In this document: piece by piece, positions 63,413 through 64,000 of the stretch
How positions within the stretch are numbered: the first letter of the stretch is position 1
How the letters are laid out: each line of letters starts with the position of its first letter
NCBI GenBank assembly: GCA_035366835.1
Contig: DAOSIS010000005.1
Span: forward strand, 52-64,051
Reading direction: 5' to 3'
DNA: 64,000 bases
Source of the DNA: Syntrophales bacterium
GTDB taxonomy: Bacteria; Desulfobacterota; Syntrophia; Syntrophales; UBA6109
Program-made: the position numbers and the translations under genes
Notes under the pieces: model-generated
Told to the model about the DNA's origin: nothing
Seen by the model: only the letters and a program-made list of their open reading frames with translations
Databases searched by the model: none

Positions 63413-64000
63413 ATGGCGTTGAGACGGGTCGTTGTGAGAGGCGCTGGAGGGAACAGCACGAGCGGAGGGCGGTGGGCCCTGCTGCTCCTCTTGGTCGTGC
63501 TCCTGACGGCGGCCGATGCCTGGGGAAGTGCGAGAAGCCTCGTCAGGATCGGATCCGATGTCACGGTGGAAGAGGGACGCACGGTCGGCCATGCAGTGGC
63601 CATCGGCGGACAACTCACCGTCGACGGCACGGTGGAAGGCCATGCGGTGGCGATCGGAGGCTCCGTCGTCCTGGGTACAGGGGCGTCCGTAGAGGGCAAT
63701 GTCGTCGCGATCGGCGGCATCATCGTCGCCGCCCGCGGCGCGGAAGTGGGCGGGAGCCTGACGGAGCTCAACACCTCCAACATATCCGCCGCGATCTCCG
63801 AGGCCCTGAGCGGGGACTGGGAGGGCTGGTCCTGGGTATTCGCCGTTGTCTCGGTTCTCATCTTCGCGGCGATCCTGCTGTTTTCATTGATCCTCGTCGC
63901 CTTCATCCCCCGTCACATCGGGCTGATCGGCGAGGCAATCTCGAGGAACCCCGTCCGCGTCACCTTCTGGGGCATCCTGGGGGGAATCCTGATCGTCAAT
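63413..64000 (+). CDS. partial CDS (3' end beyond the window): secreted/membrane protein with bactofilin-like beta-helix repeats
   Basis: Hand-translated open frame to the window end (196 codons, no stop, hence absent from the ORF track): MALRRVVVRGAGG...WALLLLLVVLLTAADA (signal peptide). Repeats GHAVAIGGQLTVDGTVEGHAVAIGGSVVLGTGASVEGNVVAIGGIIV, then TM segments WVFAVVSVLIFAAILLFSLILVAF. Confidence 0.6.
   Translation, partial: MALRRVVVRGAGGNSTSGGRWALLLLLVVLLTAADAWGSARSLVRIGSDVTVEEGRTVGHAVAIGGQLTVDGTVEGHAVAIGGSVVLGTGASVEGNVVAIGGIIVAARGAEVGGSLTELNTSNISAAISEALSGDWEGWSWVFAVVSVLIFAAILLFSLILVAFIPRHIGLIGEAISRNPVRVTFWGILGGILIVN

Noticed and set aside
63367-63906. 179-aa minus-strand ORF at the window end
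   Set aside because: The plus-strand frame has a promoter, start codon, signal peptide, regular repeats and TM helices. The minus-strand product is Thr/Ala/Pro-rich with no features.

Overview
High-GC (roughly 60%) bacterial chromosomal window; all but two genes are on the + strand. All calls come from reading the translated ORFs and the DNA by eye, with no database search. (1) 1-29.1 kb is the conserved transcription/translation supercluster: rpmG, tRNA-Trp, secE, nusG, rplKAJL, rpoBC, rpsLG, tuf, then the S10/spc/alpha operons through rplQ. Many genes use GTG/TTG starts and have coupled junctions. fusA and adk are absent from their usual slots. (2) 29.2-37.8 kb is housekeeping: a stand-alone EF-Tu-domain-II-like barrel protein, folC, lptD, rplM-rpsI, argC, cysS, and an unusual J-domain protein coupled to cysS. 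(3) 38.2-51.6 kb is the most interesting part, a metabolic island. It holds a family III CoA-transferase, a sigma-54 enhancer-binding regulator, and a near-consensus sigma-54 promoter. That promoter drives an ATP-citrate-lyase/citryl-CoA-synthetase-type ligase (beta-like and alpha-like subunits split by a small Cys-rich ORF) plus a CitE/HpcH-type acyl-CoA lyase. A separately promoted operon follows, encoding a succinate-dehydrogenase-like complex with a fused SdhCD anchor, a PrpD/MmgE protein and a DapA-family aldolase. I know of no described pathway with this combination; a substituted-succinate or tricarboxylate catabolic route is proposed as inference. (4) 51.7-53.4 kb holds two minus-strand genes, a lipoprotein and a Usp. 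(5) 53.4-53.9 kb is an AT-rich control region with twin 19-bp palindromes. (6) 53.9-63.3 kb is a C4-dicarboxylate module: malic enzyme, two-subunit class I fumarase, a second (fumarate-reductase-like) complex II, and a TRAP DctPQM transporter. (7) 63.4 kb to the window end is a partial gene for a beta-helix-repeat membrane protein. No CRISPR array, IS element, integrase, rRNA or phage genes were seen. The gene content suggests an anaerobic Desulfobacterota/syntroph-like organism (inference only).
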